Origin: an uncultured bacterium
Lineage (GTDB): Bacteria; Acidobacteriota; HRBIN11; JAKEFK01
Assembly (NCBI GenBank): GCA_963777505.1
Contig: CAVZQN010000004.1
Location: 928,001-992,000, forward strand
DNA: 64,000 nucleotides
Direction of reading: 5' to 3'
Positions 30,732-39,602 of this stretch are shown here, piece by piece. Below the pieces are notes generated by a model. The model was given only the letters and a program-made list of their open reading frames with translations. It searched no databases and was not told where the DNA came from. Within the stretch, counting starts at the first letter, position 1, and each line of letters opens with the position of its first letter. The position numbers and the translations under genes are program-made.

Positions 30732-30816
30732 AATGTTCGAATAAAACCAGTTATGATATCAGATTTTCCTTGAACCCTTTCGTTACATTCCTATTCTTAT
30801 GGTTAAATAAACACCT

Positions 30817-32196
30817 ATGAATCTTCATGTTTGTATTCTTGCTGCAGGTCAGAGCAAAAGAATGCAGTCAAAATTATCGAAGGTGCTGCATCCTTTATGT
30901 GGAAGACCGGTTCTTTTACATGTACTCAAGGCTGTTGAAGCGCTATCACCTTCAAGTGTCTCAGTTGTGCTGGGACATCAGCGTGATGAAATTCTGGAAA
31001 CACTTGGATCGAAACAGATTGATGTTGTCATTCAGCATGAGCAAAAAGGAACGGCACATGCTCTTCATGAATATTTGAATCAAAAGCCCGACATTACAGG
31101 TACACTTCTCGTTTTGAATGGTGATACGCCTCTTGTTACAACGGATCTTTTGCGCCATCTGGTTCAAGCGGCGCACGATCAGAATGCTTCTCTTGCATTT
31201 TTTACCGCTGAACTTCACGATCCTACTGGTTATGGAAGAGTTTTCAGAAAAGGAAACGCGGTTGAAAGAATCGTTGAAGATGCTGATGCAACCCCGGAAC
31301 AAAGAAAAATCCGGGAGATTAATGCAGGCATTTATTTGTTTAATATTGATTTACTGAGAGATTGGATCCCCCGAGTACAACCTTCCAATAAACAAAGAGA
31401 ATTGTATTTGACTGATGTGGTATCGCTTGCATTGGAAGACAAAAAGAATGTGATCGCAGTGCGAGGAAAGTCTGAGGAATTGATTGGAATCAATACTCGT
31501 GCTGAACTTGCACAAGCGGCCCGGGAAATGCGCCGGCGAATTAATCGTGAATGGATGTTAAAGGGCATTACGATGATTGATCCCGAGACAACTTACATCG
31601 ATGCCGATGTGCGTCTGGCTGCAGATACTGTGTTGTATCCAAATGTTTATTTGGAAGGGGAATGTATGATCGGTGGAAGTGTAACGATTTATCCGAATTG
31701 CAGAATTACAAATAGTTGGATAAACGTTGGATGCGTGATTTACGAAAATACTTCAATCGATTCATCGCATCTTGAAACTGGTGTGAAAATCGGACCTTTC
31801 GCACGCGTTCGACCGGATACTGTTCTTGGAGCCAACGTACGGATTGGAAATTTTGTGGAATTGAAAAAGACCTCCGTAGGCGATGGGACGAAAGCGAATC
31901 ACCTTTCTTACCTGGGTGATGCAGAGATCGGAAAGAATGTAAATATTGGCGCGGGTACGATCACATGTAATTATGACGGTGAAAAAAAGTATAAGACCAT
32001 CATTGAAGATGACGTTTTTGTCGGGAGTGATACTCAGTTAGTTGCGCCCGTCAGTATTGGAAAGGGTGCCTATATTGCAGCCGGTTCAAGCATCACAGAA
32101 GATGTCCCAGCCGAGTCTCTAGCCATTGCGCGATCCCGCCAAACAAACAAAGAAGGCTGGGCCAAGAAGAAATCAAAAATCAAAGATAAAAAATAA
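30817..32196 (+). CDS. glmU: Bifunctional UDP-GlcNAc pyrophosphorylase / glucosamine-1-P acetyltransferase
   Basis: ILAAGQSKRM.S...KVLH, GYGR, EINAG, YLTD, hexapeptide region with GNFVE.K, HLSYLGD, TCNYDG. Confidence 0.97.
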   Translation: MNLHVCILAAGQSKRMQSKLSKVLHPLCGRPVLLHVLKAVEALSPSSVSVVLGHQRDEILETLGSKQIDVVIQHEQKGTAHALHEYLNQKPDITGTLLVLNGDTPLVTTDLLRHLVQAAHDQNASLAFFTAELHDPTGYGRVFRKGNAVERIVEDADATPEQRKIREINAGIYLFNIDLLRDWIPRVQPSNKQRELYLTDVVSLALEDKKNVIAVRGKSEELIGINTRAELAQAAREMRRRINREWMLKGITMIDPETTYIDADVRLAADTVLYPNVYLEGECMIGGSVTIYPNCRITNSWINVGCVIYENTSIDSSHLETGVKIGPFARVRPDTVLGANVRIGNFVELKKTSVGDGTKANHLSYLGDAEIGKNVNIGAGTITCNYDGEKKYKTIIEDDVFVGSDTQLVAPVSIGKGAYIAAGSSITEDVPAESLAIARSRQTNKEGWAKKKSKIKDKK

Positions 32197-32211
32197 AAAA
32201 TGTAATGATCG

Positions 32212-33597
32212 CTACGGACGCCACGTTTCACCCATACGCCAATCGATAATTTCCGTTCGTGCTTCAGAAATCGCAGGTTCAATACCGAGCGCTTGCAGCA
32301 TGCTTGATTCGTTCGAAGGAGCATTTCCAATCTCGCACCACAAATGTGAATAGGGAAGGAATGTTTTTGCTCCGGTAATTCTGCAAATCTCAGCGACACC
32401 GTCTGGCCCTAATGTAATCAGGTCAGATATTTGCGGGAATTTTGCAATTTGATCCGCGGTTAAGGAGAGCCAATAGAGTCCGTTGCCTGTAACGTAAAAT
32501 GGGTTTCCACAGCCAACGCCTACCTGGAATTCCTGTAAATTGCTTAACACCACATCCACTCTTCCATAGTGATGTTTTACGTATTCAGCAACCTGATTCA
32601 TCGAACCATTCGCATCTGATCCCGAATCAATCAAACAAAAAGCAGAAAAAAACGGCGTTCGGAAAAAATAAGAATTGCCCCAGTTTCTCAGGCGCTTATC
32701 GCGTGGATACTCATATCTCAATGGTTGTTCACCGTAAAATGGAAGCGCCGAAATTTCAATGTCATCAACGTATACAGGATCTGAATACCAATCAAGATCA
32801 ATAACATTTTTGAACCCCATGGCGCGAAGTTCTTTGGCGAAATCAGGACTCAGAATAGTTGCTTCATTTACACGAGGTACGATGATGAGGATGTCACGCG
32901 GGAGTGTTAGCAATGAAGGAATATGATAATGATCTCTATGGGAGTGAGTTATTAAAACGGCGTCAACTATTCCAATGAAATTTTGGGGCAACATCCGTGA
33001 AGTAGTTTGAAGATTAGAGCTATAGCCGGAAACAAAATGAGGATCAACGATAATCCGTGCCTTAAGAGTGTTAAGCAAGAATGAGGCGTGCTGTAATCGG
33101 ACGATTCCGACTTCTTGAGGCTGAAGTCTCCAATTCGTTTCAACAAGATCTTCGACAAATATTTCCGCATCGAAAAGCGCTTGAATCAGTTTTTGATAAG
33201 GACTCTTGCTGAACAGGTCAGTTCTTTGATTTGCTTTTTCCAGAAGAAGAATTGTTTCGCCAACTTCGAAAACCTCCTTGTCGGTAAGATGATTCAGAGA
33301 AACACATTTTCCTGAAAAATTATTGCGAAATACAAACGTGTCAATTCTGTTGTTCTTATCAAAAAGTAAGCAGGACTTAAGCCCGAAATCGGATGAAACG
33401 TTTTCAAAAGATTCGGCTGCTTCAGGGAAAGGTTTTGATGCAGCATCAACAGCAGCCTGGATTGATATTCCTGAACGGATGTCGCGGGCTACTTTCGAAA
33501 TAAATGGTCTTAACGATGCAATGAGCCGGTCTGAAATCTTTCTCTCAGCATGAATCGTTGCGTTTGTTGAAATCATACAGCACCTGAATGTAAGCAT
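32212..33597 (-). CDS. Metallo-beta-lactamase-fold protein, putative RiPP tailoring enzyme (possibly CmlA-like diiron hydroxylase)
   Basis: HAS.L.....IIVDP, LITHSHRDH (HxHxDH), LPFYGEQ, LIDSG, PYSH; ~160-aa N-terminal extension; divergent from the precursor gene. Confidence 0.75.
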   Translation of the reverse strand: MLTFRCCMISTNATIHAERKISDRLIASLRPFISKVARDIRSGISIQAAVDAASKPFPEAAESFENVSSDFGLKSCLLFDKNNRIDTFVFRNNFSGKCVSLNHLTDKEVFEVGETILLLEKANQRTDLFSKSPYQKLIQALFDAEIFVEDLVETNWRLQPQEVGIVRLQHASFLLNTLKARIIVDPHFVSGYSSNLQTTSRMLPQNFIGIVDAVLITHSHRDHYHIPSLLTLPRDILIIVPRVNEATILSPDFAKELRAMGFKNVIDLDWYSDPVYVDDIEISALPFYGEQPLRYEYPRDKRLRNWGNSYFFRTPFFSAFCLIDSGSDANGSMNQVAEYVKHHYGRVDVVLSNLQEFQVGVGCGNPFYVTGNGLYWLSLTADQIAKFPQISDLITLGPDGVAEICRITGAKTFLPYSHLWCEIGNAPSNESSMLQALGIEPAISEARTEIIDWRMGETWRP

Positions 33598-33619
33598 AAC
33601 CTGAAAGGCTCTTCAGGTT
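33598..33619. promoter_or_regulatory. Inverted repeat in the divergent MBL/precursor promoter region
   Basis: AACCTGAA-aggctc-TTCAGGTT; an extra half-site CACCTGAA at 33581-33588. Confidence 0.4.
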
Positions 33620-33678
33620 TGATTCAATTGGCATCTGCGATATGATGAACTTACCAAAACACCAGGAGGGGTTGAAGT

Positions 33679-34584
33679 ATGTCGGACCCTATTTCAAAAG
33701 GTGGATCCAAGCCACCATCTCAAGTCAACAAGCAAACCGAAATATCATCCACTCCGGAATCAACAGCGAAAGATTCCGCACAGATTCAAAAGAGTTCCAC
33801 TCCTCAAGAAACGCAAGATCCCAAGAAGTTAGCAAAGGCTAAAGGAGAACTCGCTTCGACCAAGAAATTTGATATGCAGCTGCAATCAATGAGTCAAAAA
33901 CTTGCGGCTGAACTTCCCAAAAAGGAAGCAACCGATCTAAGCTCATTGCCTGGACAAGTTCCAGGAAAGGTGTTGGACCAAAAGCTTGATGTCGCAGCGC
34001 CTGCATGTACAGGAACTTTGTTGTCCACATGCGGAGTGACTGATACGAAACCAACTGTATGCGATACGCTGTCAGGCTGTACAAAACCAACAACGGATCT
34101 GGGTTCAATCCCTGGCCGCACGCCTGGCACTATATTGGACCAAAAGCTTGATGTAGCAGCGCCAGCATGTACAGGAACTTTGTTGTCCACATGCGGAGTG
34201 ACTGATACGAAGCCAACTGTATGCGATACGCTGTCAGGCTGTACAAAACCAACAACGGATCTGGGTTCAATCCCTGGCCGCACGCCTGGCACTATATTGG
34301 ATCAAAAGCTTGATGTCGCAGCGCCAGCATGTACAGGAACTTTGTTGTCCACTTGCGGAGTGACTGATACGAAACCAACTGTATGCGATACGCTTTCAGG
34401 CTGCACAAAACCAACAACGGATCTGGGTTCAATCCCTGGCCGTACGCCTGGAACTATATTGGATCAAAAGCTTGATGTAGCAGCGCCAGCATGTACAGGA
34501 ACTTTGTTATCCACTTGTGGAGTGACTGATACAAAGCCGACAGTATGCGATACATTGTCAGGCTGCACCGGTTCTTTGAGGTAA
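33679..34584 (+). CDS. Putative multi-core lanthipeptide (RiPP) precursor: 84-aa N-terminal region plus four 54-aa repeats
   Basis: AGGAGG RBS; core ACTGTLLSTCGVTDTKPTVCDTLSGCT repeated four times; stop codon 21 nt from the stop of a lanthionine synthetase. Confidence 0.8.
   Translation: MSDPISKGGSKPPSQVNKQTEISSTPESTAKDSAQIQKSSTPQETQDPKKLAKAKGELASTKKFDMQLQSMSQKLAAELPKKEATDLSSLPGQVPGKVLDQKLDVAAPACTGTLLSTCGVTDTKPTVCDTLSGCTKPTTDLGSIPGRTPGTILDQKLDVAAPACTGTLLSTCGVTDTKPTVCDTLSGCTKPTTDLGSIPGRTPGTILDQKLDVAAPACTGTLLSTCGVTDTKPTVCDTLSGCTKPTTDLGSIPGRTPGTILDQKLDVAAPACTGTLLSTCGVTDTKPTVCDTLSGCTGSLR
33931..34569 (+). repeat. Coding tandem repeat, 162-bp period, four copies (last one truncated)
   Basis: The DQKLD codons recur at 33976, 34138, 34300 and 34462, exactly 162 bp apart. 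Confidence 0.97.
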
Positions 34585-34605
34585 TTTTGTCCGTGAATGG
34601 TGGCT

Positions 34606-37600
34606 TTATTCAAGCCACCATTCGATTTTTCCTTCCGATGCAACTTTGCAGACAAGACGTTTTTGATCCAGCACAACAATAATCACAACACGGTTATCGC
34701 TCTCTGTTCTGACAACTCGAATGCCAAGATCTGGTTCGTGAAAATCGAATGGTCCTTTCGGAACGATTTGCCAAACTATATCTACGACAGCACGTACAAG
34801 ACGATTTGGCTCCGCTTGATTTTCAACAACTGACCAAAATGGCGTGACGGTTTTTATTTCAGGAAAACTCCGCTCTAGAACTGGCCCACGATTTTGTTGA
34901 TCGATCCAGTAAATATTCCCATCTTCTCCGAGAATCCTAAAATAATACGGAATATCAAAACGATCGAGTTGTTTGATTTCGGAAGAGACAAGTGGCCGCG
35001 CTAGAAGAAAAGATTGGGTCATAGCGATTCCAGCAATAGGAAAGCCTCCGAGTTTTCGATCCAGCAGCGCAGCGAAATAACTTCGCGTAGGGTTGAGAAC
35101 AATCCGCATCGAAGCCCCTGTCAATTTTTCTTTCAGGTGATCCGCAATTTCTTTTGCATGAGCCTGGACCATCAACCATTGATCAGCGAAGCCACGCAAA
35201 ATTGTACAGACATGCTTTGTATATCCAAATGATCCATCCGAATTTTGCGCAAGATGCGGCCAGATCCAGTTGACTGCTTTCCAGGGTTTTGTAACAGGCT
35301 TAGGCCCATCCGATGTAATTTCAATTACCCAATCCTCAGAATTCAATCCACAATAAAGCGATGGTAAGGATAAAGGTGAGTGAGAATGAGGCACGACTTC
35401 GACACCCCAACGAGGTCCTTCAAGTAATTGCGTATCTTCCAGATCAATCACATTTCCAAACGCCATTTCTAAATCCACTGCATGAATTGAAATAAGAGGA
35501 GTGGATTGAGTGGTGCCGCTAACTACATTTTCTGAATGTAGATCAAATACTCCAAGACTAAAGGCATATCCCGCTAAGAGTCCTGCCGAATACCAGAATC
35601 GTTTTTCATCATGCTCTTTGAGCCGTGAAACTTGAGGCAGTGGAAAGTTGCCAGACTGTGAAAGCGGATTTAACTCGTCATCAAGTGGAAAAGTAACAAT
35701 GTCTGTGCTGTTTATTTGCTCCACATAACCATGTTTTGGACCAGCAACGATGATCCGATGTGTCGGTAACTGGGCGTTTGCAAAAGCAGGGCGAAGCCAC
35801 GCACGGCATTTTTCGGCAAGCGTCTCACCGTCATTACCAGCGGATGCGCCAGCTAACTCTCGATCGATCGCAACTGAGCGTCCTTTGTATAAAAATTGTG
35901 CTCCGTTTTCAAACAAAAGTGAGACGACACGATGCCCTCCAAAGTGTGGATCGCTTCCAAGCACTTGTATTCTGGTTAAGCGGCCTCCAATCTGTTGAGC
36001 AAGGACGCCTTGACGATCTGTCTCAAGCCGTTGAAACATGACTTCAAGTGCACTGATCGCCCCCGCAGTTAATTGCTTTGCAGCGCGTTTAACATTTGAA
36101 GCATTCCCTTCTGGATGCAAAACAATACCGGCAATCTCCCTAAGTACTCGTCCCATGATTGCAGGAGTCAATGCCTCTTTATTAACGAAACTTCCGTAAC
36201 GCTTGCTCCATTGGTGACATGATTTCTTTACTTCGTCCAGAGCTTGAAAATATGAATCCCCAGCAGGACAATTGGAAATTTGTTTCAGAATCGAATGCGC
36301 GTCATTCGGTTGCAGTTGGCCTACAACTAAAAAGTTTGCGTCGTTCTTAAATCGAATTCCGCCGGGTGGCAAAAGTTCAGCAGGAATTTGATATGACGAA
36401 AACTTTTTACCGGCTTTTTTGTTTAATCGTTTGGTCGATCTCAATAAAATTGGATCGCGATTCATTGTTAAGATTGGAAAAACAGGATAGCCGGATAATC
36501 TCAGCATTTGCCTGACGATTCCGCCTGTGCCCAGACCAAGTGAGGGGCCTCCACCTTCAGGCTTCAACGCATCTCGCCTGACTGCGGCGCGATTCTTCAT
36601 TCTGTTCGCGATGGACTGCGCACGTTTCGTCCAAATCTCGGAACCAGTTTCATCTGCCATATCTAAAAAGAGTTCAATCGCGCCTGTCAGGCCATGACAA
36701 TGACAAAATGGTTCATCATGATTGTCGGCCAGCGAATTCCATGTTGCATGAGCTGCAGATTCTGCAATTTCAAGCGCTGATGGATCCTTCAAAAGCCGAT
36801 GACGCGCTAGATATGCGTGACTGATTCCTGTGGAACCATGACACCAATGATCTTGAATCACACGATGTTCATCGCTGCGAGGCCATGCTGTTCCATTTCG
36901 GATACGAAATGATCTTGAATTCAACCAATCAAATGCTCCATCTAAAAGTGTTTTTGTAGCGGGATCTTTGGTTACGTGGAACAACTCAAGAAGAAACAAA
37001 CAGATTCCTGCAGCCCCATGGGCAAGGCCAGTGTGGGTCTGTGTCGCTAATTCACCATACGTTTGATCATTTGGAGGAAGCGGTTGTCTTCGATCTCGCA
37101 CAGGCCAGGCGAACATTCCACCAAAGTCGATTCGAGTCTCTTCAAGGAAAGAAGCTGCCTTCTTCGCATGTTCAAGAAACGATGCATCATGAGTTGCATA
37201 ATATAGTGCCAGAAATAGCCATCCTGTTCCCGCAGCACCTCTAAAGAGATCAGTATCTACGTGAGAAGTTTGTGAGAGAAGATTTCCGGCATGAATGGCA
37301 TAATCTAAATATCGTTGATCTTTAAGAACCCTCGCACAGGCAAGATGGAAAAGACCAACTCCTGCAAAACCGCTGTACAGGCCGTTAGCAATCGAGTCGG
37401 ATTCAGGAGTGCTTATCACCAACCCATAGGAAATTTCCTCAACTGTCTTTGCATAGCGAGAATCTCCGGTTGCACTGTAAAGATCCAATAACACGATTCC
37501 AATTCCAGCAGAGCCATCATATAACTTGAATTCATACCTTCCTTCAGTTCCAGTCTTTAGATCAGCAGGAAATCGAAGTCCCAGCGTAGTCGCGGTTCTT

Positions 37601-37680
37601 CGTTTCAGAATTTCGTCGCCTCCTTGAAGCGCCATCTTAAAATATGAATTTGTATTCTTCTGTTTTTTCTTGATACGCAT
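34606..37680 (-). CDS. Lanthionine synthetase with inverted architecture: N-terminal LanC cyclase plus C-terminal LanM-type (DUF4135) dehydratase
   Basis: N-half: YDGSAG, LYSGFAG, DLFRGAAG, GLAHGAAG, WCHG, CHG (LanC GxxG repeats and Zn ligands). C-half: SDPH..G, LYKGR, GYVE, DLHSEN, VDLE, RIVLNPT..Y, E..QL...DIPYY (LanM dehydratase motifs). Confidence 0.88.
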   Translation of the reverse strand: MRIKKKQKNTNSYFKMALQGGDEILKRRTATTLGLRFPADLKTGTEGRYEFKLYDGSAGIGIVLLDLYSATGDSRYAKTVEEISYGLVISTPESDSIANGLYSGFAGVGLFHLACARVLKDQRYLDYAIHAGNLLSQTSHVDTDLFRGAAGTGWLFLALYYATHDASFLEHAKKAASFLEETRIDFGGMFAWPVRDRRQPLPPNDQTYGELATQTHTGLAHGAAGICLFLLELFHVTKDPATKTLLDGAFDWLNSRSFRIRNGTAWPRSDEHRVIQDHWCHGSTGISHAYLARHRLLKDPSALEIAESAAHATWNSLADNHDEPFCHCHGLTGAIELFLDMADETGSEIWTKRAQSIANRMKNRAAVRRDALKPEGGGPSLGLGTGGIVRQMLRLSGYPVFPILTMNRDPILLRSTKRLNKKAGKKFSSYQIPAELLPPGGIRFKNDANFLVVGQLQPNDAHSILKQISNCPAGDSYFQALDEVKKSCHQWSKRYGSFVNKEALTPAIMGRVLREIAGIVLHPEGNASNVKRAAKQLTAGAISALEVMFQRLETDRQGVLAQQIGGRLTRIQVLGSDPHFGGHRVVSLLFENGAQFLYKGRSVAIDRELAGASAGNDGETLAEKCRAWLRPAFANAQLPTHRIIVAGPKHGYVEQINSTDIVTFPLDDELNPLSQSGNFPLPQVSRLKEHDEKRFWYSAGLLAGYAFSLGVFDLHSENVVSGTTQSTPLISIHAVDLEMAFGNVIDLEDTQLLEGPRWGVEVVPHSHSPLSLPSLYCGLNSEDWVIEITSDGPKPVTKPWKAVNWIWPHLAQNSDGSFGYTKHVCTILRGFADQWLMVQAHAKEIADHLKEKLTGASMRIVLNPTRSYFAALLDRKLGGFPIAGIAMTQSFLLARPLVSSEIKQLDRFDIPYYFRILGEDGNIYWIDQQNRGPVLERSFPEIKTVTPFWSVVENQAEPNRLVRAVVDIVWQIVPKGPFDFHEPDLGIRVVRTESDNRVVIIVVLDQKRLVCKVASEGKIEWWLE

Positions 37681-37778
37681 AAGACAATCCGAAATGAGGA
37701 TTATAATTGGTTTTGTTCCTGAACTGCGGATTCTAACCGGTGAAGGCTATTTACCGGTTATATTGTGTCATTGATTCT

Positions 37779-38363
37779 ATGAAAATATTTAACCACCAGC
37801 TCCCACTTGATTTGTGCAAGAACATTTGTGATTTTGCATTGAACCAGATCCTGAATGTTGATTTCAAAAAGGCTCCGGTAACAATGTGGACTAATTTTGG
37901 ATGGCCTCAGCACATTGTCAAAGACAGTACGGCCGTATTGATCTTTCTTACTCCGCGGCAATTTCTAGAAGAGATTCAAAGCTGTCTCGAAGAATTAGCA
38001 ATTTTTAATGCAGAGGTCGATTTACCTTTTATCAATGAAAGTAATCCTGATTTGTGTTCTCTTTGTTTGACTTACGTGTGGACTCGAAATTCGTACATCC
38101 CGGTTCATCGTGATGGAAAGCATAGAAAAACCGTGACTATTTATTGCAATGAGAAGTGGACTCCTGAGATGGGTGGAGTCTTACAATGGTTCGATTCTGA
38201 AAAGAATGCATGGGATGAGGTTGTCCCATCCTGCGGAACTATTGTGTTCAATGATAAAGATGAAGCACATGCTACAACTCCTGTGCTCGCTCACAATGAT
38301 TTCAGGATCAGTCTTCAAATTTTTATATTGTCTTCAGGGCAGGCGGGGTCTATTCAATATTGA
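37779..38363 (+). CDS. 2OG-Fe(II) oxygenase (prolyl 4-hydroxylase-like)
   Basis: IPVHRD (HxD), W....GG.L, distal H in EAHATTPV, RIS 2OG-binding motif. Start may instead be GTG at 37740. Confidence 0.8.
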   Translation: MKIFNHQLPLDLCKNICDFALNQILNVDFKKAPVTMWTNFGWPQHIVKDSTAVLIFLTPRQFLEEIQSCLEELAIFNAEVDLPFINESNPDLCSLCLTYVWTRNSYIPVHRDGKHRKTVTIYCNEKWTPEMGGVLQWFDSEKNAWDEVVPSCGTIVFNDKDEAHATTPVLAHNDFRISLQIFILSSGQAGSIQY

Positions 38364-38369
38364 GCAGCA

Positions 38370-39026
38370 TCATTTCCAGTTTGGCCCTTCCATCCATGCA
38401 ACAAGAGAGTGCCTCGTCCCTTTTGTTACAGGCGTGACTTCATGTTCAAGAAATGAAGGAAAGATAATTGCAGCGAGGAATTCCCTTCTTTGTTGAATGT
38501 TCTTCGAATAATTTGCCTGGTTGAGAATCAAGTCATTTTTATCGCCAAACAGGAGCAAATCTCCGCCTTCATAATTTTCGGGAGGAGTGAGTTGTATTGT
38601 AAGAGACAGTTTGCGCTGAGTATCAATCCATCCTGTCAAGCATGTATCAATATGAGATTTGTAAAATTGGCCGCTCTCATCGTTCACTCCAGCAGTGTAC
38701 TCCGCTAACTGGATCGTTTGGATTGTATCAATCGCAAAATGATATTTTTGTGAATTGATAGCGTTGAGTAATGCCGAAATTTTATCGTATATCCAGGATG
38801 TATCTTCGGAACGATTCACCCAGCAAACTGTATTATTTCTAATATACTCAGGGCGCGGTTGATCGTTTTGTTGATCGCTAACTTTAGTGCCCGCTCTGCG
38901 TAATTTTCCGGACTCCTTTTCGCCTGTCTGAAAATACTGCAATAAACGATCCCGTTCTTCAATTGTGAGAAATTGGAGTACGACTACAGGATTGATGTCG
39001 AAAAGTTCATGTTTTTCAGAAGTCAC
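38370..39026 (-). CDS. 2OG-Fe(II) oxygenase (PKHD/YbiX-like)
   Basis: FYKSHID (HxD), RKLSLTIQL, YEGGDL, IFPSFLEHEVTPVTKGTRHSLVAW. Confidence 0.88.
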   Translation of the reverse strand: MTSEKHELFDINPVVVLQFLTIEERDRLLQYFQTGEKESGKLRRAGTKVSDQQNDQPRPEYIRNNTVCWVNRSEDTSWIYDKISALLNAINSQKYHFAIDTIQTIQLAEYTAGVNDESGQFYKSHIDTCLTGWIDTQRKLSLTIQLTPPENYEGGDLLLFGDKNDLILNQANYSKNIQQRREFLAAIIFPSFLEHEVTPVTKGTRHSLVAWMEGPNWK

Positions 39027-39038
39027 GCTATTGAAATT

Positions 39039-39422
39039 TCAGTTCTTTTTAGGAGTCTTGAAAAATTTGTTCAATTCCCATTTTCGGTAGAGACCGCGGA
39101 AGGCAAAACCGGCGCTTTTTGATGTTGACTTTGGGTGGTCCAATGGTCGTTGAAATAAACCTTTGACTACCATCGTAACGCTATTATCTGCTACCACGCT
39201 GGCCGGGTTACTTCGAACAACCAGATTCTGAGATTCAAAATCGCCCAACTCTACTGTTACACCATTTACCGTAATAGAAAGGCTGCCATTTGCTTCACTG
39301 AGGAATAGAATATCGTCTTCATGAGCATCGAGTAAAATTGCGCCATTTTCAATCCGCAATTCTGAACCCGATCCGATAACGCCTCCGGGAAATTCGTTAT
39401 CCGGATCTGATTTCAATTTCAT
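39039..39422 (-). CDS. Hypothetical protein (beta-rich, ~127 aa)
   Basis: ATG at 39422 with GGGAGG RBS; ends 12 nt before the oxygenase start, so probably co-transcribed with it. Confidence 0.5.
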   Translation of the reverse strand: MKLKSDPDNEFPGGVIGSGSELRIENGAILLDAHEDDILFLSEANGSLSITVNGVTVELGDFESQNLVVRSNPASVVADNSVTMVVKGLFQRPLDHPKSTSKSAGFAFRGLYRKWELNKFFKTPKKN

Positions 39423-39548
39423 TCGATGATCGCCCTCCCGCTCTCGTCGGTCTAAGGATATCATAAGCCTACTGAACGCTGAGTTTCAGTCGATGATTAG
39501 GGCAATGATGTTTGTTTGAGGGGGACGGATCACGTAAGAAAAATAAAG

Positions 39549-39575
39549 GGAGATTCACAATTAGTGAATCTCCCA
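39549..39575 (-). terminator. Rho-independent terminator of the 39603-40013 gene
   Basis: gggagattcac-aatta-gtgaatctccc, an 11-bp stem followed on the minus strand by a U-rich tract. Confidence 0.8.
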
Positions 39576-39602
39576 TGACTTCTTGACTAAGCCACCAAGT
39601 GT

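Noticed and set aside
33612-33645. Sigma28- or sigma54-type promoter upstream of the precursor (and near 40835)
   Set aside because: CGATA-like -10 boxes exist but no correctly spaced TAAA -35, and TGGCA lacks the GC at -12.
33931-34569. 162-bp array as an assembly artefact or non-coding VNTR
   Set aside because: The copies differ at many third-codon positions while keeping the peptide identical.
33894-34679. Antisense repeat ORFs (33894..34292 and 34464..34679, minus strand)
   Set aside because: Variation is synonymous only in the + frame, the minus frame is broken by stops, and the + ORF has a strong RBS.
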